Positions 60,648 through 64,000 of a DNA stretch of 64,000 nucleotides are shown in pieces. The number at the start of each line of letters is the position of its first letter. The first letter of the stretch is position 1. Where the stretch lies: assembly GCA_049515295.1 (NCBI GenBank), contig JBEKUF010000001.1:3625-67624 (forward strand). The letters are read 5' to 3'. This stretch comes from Verrucomicrobiia bacterium (GTDB lineage Bacteria > Verrucomicrobiota > Verrucomicrobiia > Palsa-1439). Below the pieces are notes generated by a model. The model did no database searches. It was not told where the DNA came from and was given only the letters and a program-made list of their open reading frames with translations. Position numbers and translations under genes: made by a program.

Positions 60648-61925
60648 TTGTCAATGAAGCGCGTCGCCGTCACGGGCCTGGGGTTCATCACCAGCATTGG
60701 CAACAACCGTCAGCAGGTTGTCCGCAGCCTCCGGGAATGTATCACCGGCGTCGAGCCATTCGACGAGTTTGACGTTCCCGATGCGCCGGTAAAACTGGCT
60801 GGCACCGTCAAGGGATTTCACTTTCCCACGGCCTACTTCGAGGATTGGACGCTTCCACCCGACTACAAGCTCACCCGCGAGCAATTGCGACCGATGGCGC
60901 CGAATTCCTTGTACGCCTACGGGGCCATGCAACAGGCCATCGCCGAAGCCAGGCTGACGCCCGACGAGGTGTCCAACCCGCGCACCGGCGTCATGTGCGC
61001 CTCCGGCGGTTCCATGTGGCTCGCTTATGACAACCTGCACACGATGGTCACTCGCGGCGTCGCCCGATGCCACCCCATGGCCATCATCAACAGCATCCCC
61101 GGCTCCTTGTACATCAATCTGGTCACTTGCTACAAAATCAAGGGCGGGGCCCTGGGCTTTTCCAGCGCGTGTTCGTCCTCCGCCCACGCGCTCGGCACCG
61201 CCGCCGACCTTATCCGACTCGGTCGTCAGGATATCGTCTTTGTCGTCGGCGCCGAGGACTGCAACAAGTTCAGCATTCTTCCGTTTGCCGGCATCCGTGC
61301 ATTGAGCCTGCAGACCGACCCGGCCAAAACACCGTGCGCGTTCGATGTGAAGCGCGATGGTTTCGTCGGCACGGGCGGGGCCGCGGTTCTGGTGCTGGAA
61401 GAACTGGGGCGCGCCCAACGCCGCGGCGCCCCGATCGCCGCCGAGGTCCTGGGTTGGGGCCAGTCAGCCGACGGATACAACGTCCTCGCACCCGATCCCG
61501 AAGGCGACGGATTGCGGCGCGCCATGGAAGAAGCGCTGGGCGATGCCCATCTGGCGAAGGAGGAAGTCGATTACATCAACGCTCATGCGACATCGACCAC
61601 CGTGGGCGATGTCAGCGAATGCCGCGCCATCCGCGCCGTGTTCGGCAACGGCCGGACGCCTCACGTCAGCAGCACCAAGAGCCTGACCGGCCACGGCCTT
61701 TCCCTGGCGGGCGCGATGGAGGCCGCCTTCTGCGTGCTGGCGCTGCAGGTGGGTTTCACCCCGGTTTCCGCGCACATCACCCAGCTCGACCCGCAGTGCG
61801 CCATCGCGCCCATCGTCACGAAACCGGTCCCGGACAAACCTCGCATCGCCCTGAGCAACTCGAGCGGCTTCGGAGGCACCAATGTTTGCCTCGCGCTACG
61901 CCGATGGGACAATGGCGCCGAATGA
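60648..61925 (+). CDS. beta-ketoacyl-ACP synthase, FabB-like (KAS I family)
   Basis: Recalled E. coli FabB matches block by block: GLGFITSIGNNRQQVVRSLREC, Cys SSACSSSAH, GRQDIVFVVGAED, His-His (YINAHATST, LTGHGLSLAG), SNSSGFGGTNVCLAL. Confidence 0.8.
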   Translation: MSMKRVAVTGLGFITSIGNNRQQVVRSLRECITGVEPFDEFDVPDAPVKLAGTVKGFHFPTAYFEDWTLPPDYKLTREQLRPMAPNSLYAYGAMQQAIAEARLTPDEVSNPRTGVMCASGGSMWLAYDNLHTMVTRGVARCHPMAIINSIPGSLYINLVTCYKIKGGALGFSSACSSSAHALGTAADLIRLGRQDIVFVVGAEDCNKFSILPFAGIRALSLQTDPAKTPCAFDVKRDGFVGTGGAAVLVLEELGRAQRRGAPIAAEVLGWGQSADGYNVLAPDPEGDGLRRAMEEALGDAHLAKEEVDYINAHATSTTVGDVSECRAIRAVFGNGRTPHVSSTKSLTGHGLSLAGAMEAAFCVLALQVGFTPVSAHITQLDPQCAIAPIVTKPVPDKPRIALSNSSGFGGTNVCLALRRWDNGAE

Positions 61926-62733
61926 CACTCCGAAGGTCTTCCTGACCGGTGCCAGTTCCGGCATCGGGCTGGAAACGGCCAAATTGCTTGCCGCGCAGGG
62001 ATTCGAACTCTGGGGAACCTCCCGCGACCCGGCCCGTCTGCCCCAACTGCCGCGGTTCCATGGCGTGCCGATGGATCTGACTCAAACGGATTCAATCCGT
62101 CAAGGTTTCGCCGTCGCCTTGAAGGAAGCGGGCGCATTCGACGTGTTGATCAACAACGCTGGTGCCGGCGCGTTCGGGGCCATCGAAACCATGCCCGCAG
62201 AAATGGTGCGCGAACAGTTTCAGCTGCTGGTGGACGCGCCCTTGGAGTTGATCCGCCGGGCGCTTCCCGCCATGCGCCAGCGCGGTCGCGGCACAATCAT
62301 CAACGTCACGTCGCTCGCCGCGCAATTCCCCATTCCCTTCATGGCCCCATACAGCGCGGCGAAATCCGCCCTCAGCGCGTTTACGGCGGGATTGCGGGTG
62401 GAACTTTCCAACACGCCGATCCGTGTCGTCGAGATTCGCCCCGGCGACATCAACACCCCGTTTCACGATCGGACAAGGCGTGTCGAAGTCGCGAGCAACC
62501 CGGAAGAGGAACGCCGGATGAAATCAGCTTGGGAAACCCAGTTGCGAAATATGGCGGCATCGCCGCGGCCGGATCGGGTCGCGCGGGCCGTGCTGCGGGC
62601 GATTAGGACACCGAATCCGCCACCGGTTCTGGTCGTGGCAGGTTTATTCCAGGCGTGGCTGGCGCCTTGGGGCGCGCGGCTCTTGCCGCTTCGAGTACAG
62701 GAATTCGTTCTGCGGAAATACTATCGGCTCTAA
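61912..62733 (+). CDS. SDR-family oxidoreductase (possible ketoacyl reductase)
   Basis: TGASSGIGLETAK (TGxxxGxG) and catalytic YSAAK. Start overlaps the ketosynthase 3' end. Confidence 0.7.
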   Translation: MAPNDTPKVFLTGASSGIGLETAKLLAAQGFELWGTSRDPARLPQLPRFHGVPMDLTQTDSIRQGFAVALKEAGAFDVLINNAGAGAFGAIETMPAEMVREQFQLLVDAPLELIRRALPAMRQRGRGTIINVTSLAAQFPIPFMAPYSAAKSALSAFTAGLRVELSNTPIRVVEIRPGDINTPFHDRTRRVEVASNPEEERRMKSAWETQLRNMAASPRPDRVARAVLRAIRTPNPPPVLVVAGLFQAWLAPWGARLLPLRVQEFVLRKYYRL

Positions 62734-63871
62734 CGCCGAGGCCGGCGATCATCTTCACAATATCGCTCGGATGCAACGGCGGACAGGCCCGTTGCATCGC
62801 CCGACGAATCGCCGCCGGCAACTCGGGCCGCGTCCGCCACTCGGTGATAATTCCCGCCAACTCTTCGGGGCTGCGCACCAGTTGCGCCACGCCGTGGTCA
62901 CGACAGAATTTCACCGTGATACGCTCCTGGGGCATGATCCCGCCGAGACTGTTCAGCAATAATGGACAACAACTCACAATCGCTTCGCTGGTTGTACCCG
63001 TGCCCGGGCGGGCGACGATCGCCGACACCGAACGCATCAATTGGCCAACATTGGTGTTGTGCGGGAGCAACCGCACCCGCGCCGACGGGTTGGCCTTGGC
63101 CCACGCGGAAATCTCGCTCTCGGCAATTGGCGATTTGCCGCACAACAATACCACCTGTATATCCACTCCCTGCCGCCGCAACGCGTCGAGAAACCGCACG
63201 TGATTGTGGGCGCCCCGGCTCGATGCGCTCAACAGAAGAATGAATTCGCCGGGGTCGAGCCGCAGTTTCTCGTGTATGAAGGCCGCGCGCTCCGTTTCGT
63301 CCTCCGGCGGATCGTAGAACGATCGACGCAATAGAAAGCCGCCCAGCCGGGTCCGTTCGGCGGCCATCCCCCAGCGTACCGCTGCCTGGCAGGTCTCCGG
63401 AACCGCGCCGATAAACAGGTCCGCGGACGGATTGACCCAGTGTCGGCTGAACCCGTAGCCGCCGGACAATTCACCGCAGTACGTGACGCACTTCACACGA
63501 TCTTCGCCCAGCACCACGCGCGCGTATTCAAAAAAACCGTGGTTCAGCGAGTCATGCACGCTGATCAAGACATCGGGCTGAAGTTCTTCCAGGACCTTCC
63601 GGTACTTGGCCGCGCCCAGCGGTTTGCGGGTGCGGACAATCGGCACCACCTCCAAAAAGTTGAAATACACGTGATGCAGAAACGGGGCGGTGCGCTGGAT
63701 CCAGTTGTACAGCCAGACGCCGAATGCGTAAATGGGGTGCGATTTTTCGAGCGGACGATGGAGTTGCACCGAGAGATCAAGCGACGGCTCAGCCTGCGCC
63801 CATTCCTGGAACGCGCGCGCTCGCATGTTGTGGCCTCCCCCGGTACTCGATGTGAGTATCAGAACTCGCAT
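62603..63871 (-). CDS. GT28-family glycosyltransferase (MGDG synthase / UgtP-like diacylglycerol glycosyltransferase)
   Basis: N-terminal VLILTSSTGGGHN is the MGDG_synth signature. GT-B C-terminal domain. The 3' end overlaps the convergent SDR gene by about 130 nt. Confidence 0.65.
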   Translation of the reverse strand: MRVLILTSSTGGGHNMRARAFQEWAQAEPSLDLSVQLHRPLEKSHPIYAFGVWLYNWIQRTAPFLHHVYFNFLEVVPIVRTRKPLGAAKYRKVLEELQPDVLISVHDSLNHGFFEYARVVLGEDRVKCVTYCGELSGGYGFSRHWVNPSADLFIGAVPETCQAAVRWGMAAERTRLGGFLLRRSFYDPPEDETERAAFIHEKLRLDPGEFILLLSASSRGAHNHVRFLDALRRQGVDIQVVLLCGKSPIAESEISAWAKANPSARVRLLPHNTNVGQLMRSVSAIVARPGTGTTSEAIVSCCPLLLNSLGGIMPQERITVKFCRDHGVAQLVRSPEELAGIITEWRTRPELPAAIRRAMQRACPPLHPSDIVKMIAGLGVRADSISAERIPVLEAARAARPKAPATPGINLPRPEPVADSVS

Positions 63872-64000
63872 GGGCAATCGGAGTATACAGATCGCCCCTC
63901 CCACTACAAGCCCCGAAGTGACCCCGGCAAAACCGCCGATAGCATCGGTCGTTGCCGGTCAACAATCCCGGTGCGAAGTATCCTGCCAAAAAAAGTGTTA

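Noticed and set aside
63789-63989. 66-aa minus-strand ORF at the window edge.
   Set aside because: No RBS or motif, lies upstream of the GT28 start. Likely non-coding leader. The window ends before any neighbouring gene can be judged.

Overview
This 64 kb window is a high-GC (roughly 60-65%) chromosomal segment from a Gram-negative bacterium with outer-membrane proteins. The combination of PEP-CTERM proteins, sigma-54 enhancer-binding regulators, a TMTC-like TPR membrane protein and several FabF/FabB paralogues suggests a Verrucomicrobia/Acidobacteria/Planctomycete-type organism, but this is a guess from gene content only. About 50 protein-coding genes are supportable. I found no rRNA, tRNA, CRISPR array or obvious transposase/integrase.

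Content by function:
- Housekeeping genes: hisC, pheA (chorismate mutase/prephenate dehydratase), scpA-scpB, trpS, ligA, rnhC (RNase HIII), mutY, and a LysE-family exporter.
- Transport and cell wall: two sugar ABC permeases; a murein-recycling unit made of a MurK-MurQ fusion, an ABC substrate-binding protein and a DUF481 outer-membrane protein; a TolC-family channel.
- Accessory genes: two PEP-CTERM proteins (one with NHL repeats, one with autotransporter-type beta-strand repeats); two very large secreted proteases in tandem (an S1 alpha-lytic-like enzyme and an S8 subtilase with more than ten Ig-like repeats); glycosyltransferases of the GT4 and GT28 families.

Findings worth follow-up:
1. 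A same-strand run from about 25.9 kb down to 15.1 kb encodes a candidate lipid-type signal synthesis/sensing locus. In order it holds an ICMT-family carboxyl methyltransferase, a multi-TM GAF histidine kinase, a free-standing FabF-like ketosynthase, a paralogous soluble GAF/PAS histidine kinase (4-nt overlap with the ketosynthase), a sigma-54 NtrC-type regulator, a FadL-family hydrophobic-substrate channel and a receiver-kinase hybrid.
2. A tightly overlapping operon at about 36.0-44.0 kb encodes a TMTC-like TPR membrane protein (apparently frameshifted), TolC, PgeF/YfiH, a SAM methyltransferase, an SRPBCC cyclase-like protein, a FabF-like ketosynthase and an FAD oxidoreductase. It ends in a truncated gmhB remnant.
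3. An ACP-FabZ fusion, a FabB-like ketosynthase, an SDR reductase and a GT28 glycosyltransferase sit together at the window end.
4. A roughly 350-bp segmental duplication flanks an inserted lipoprotein gene.
5. Two short interspersed repeat families are present.
6. A low-GC island covers the 3' two-thirds of ligA and a downstream SWIM zinc-finger ORF.
7. A small secreted protein is made almost entirely of tyrosine.

All functional calls come from motif recognition by eye. No database search was run.
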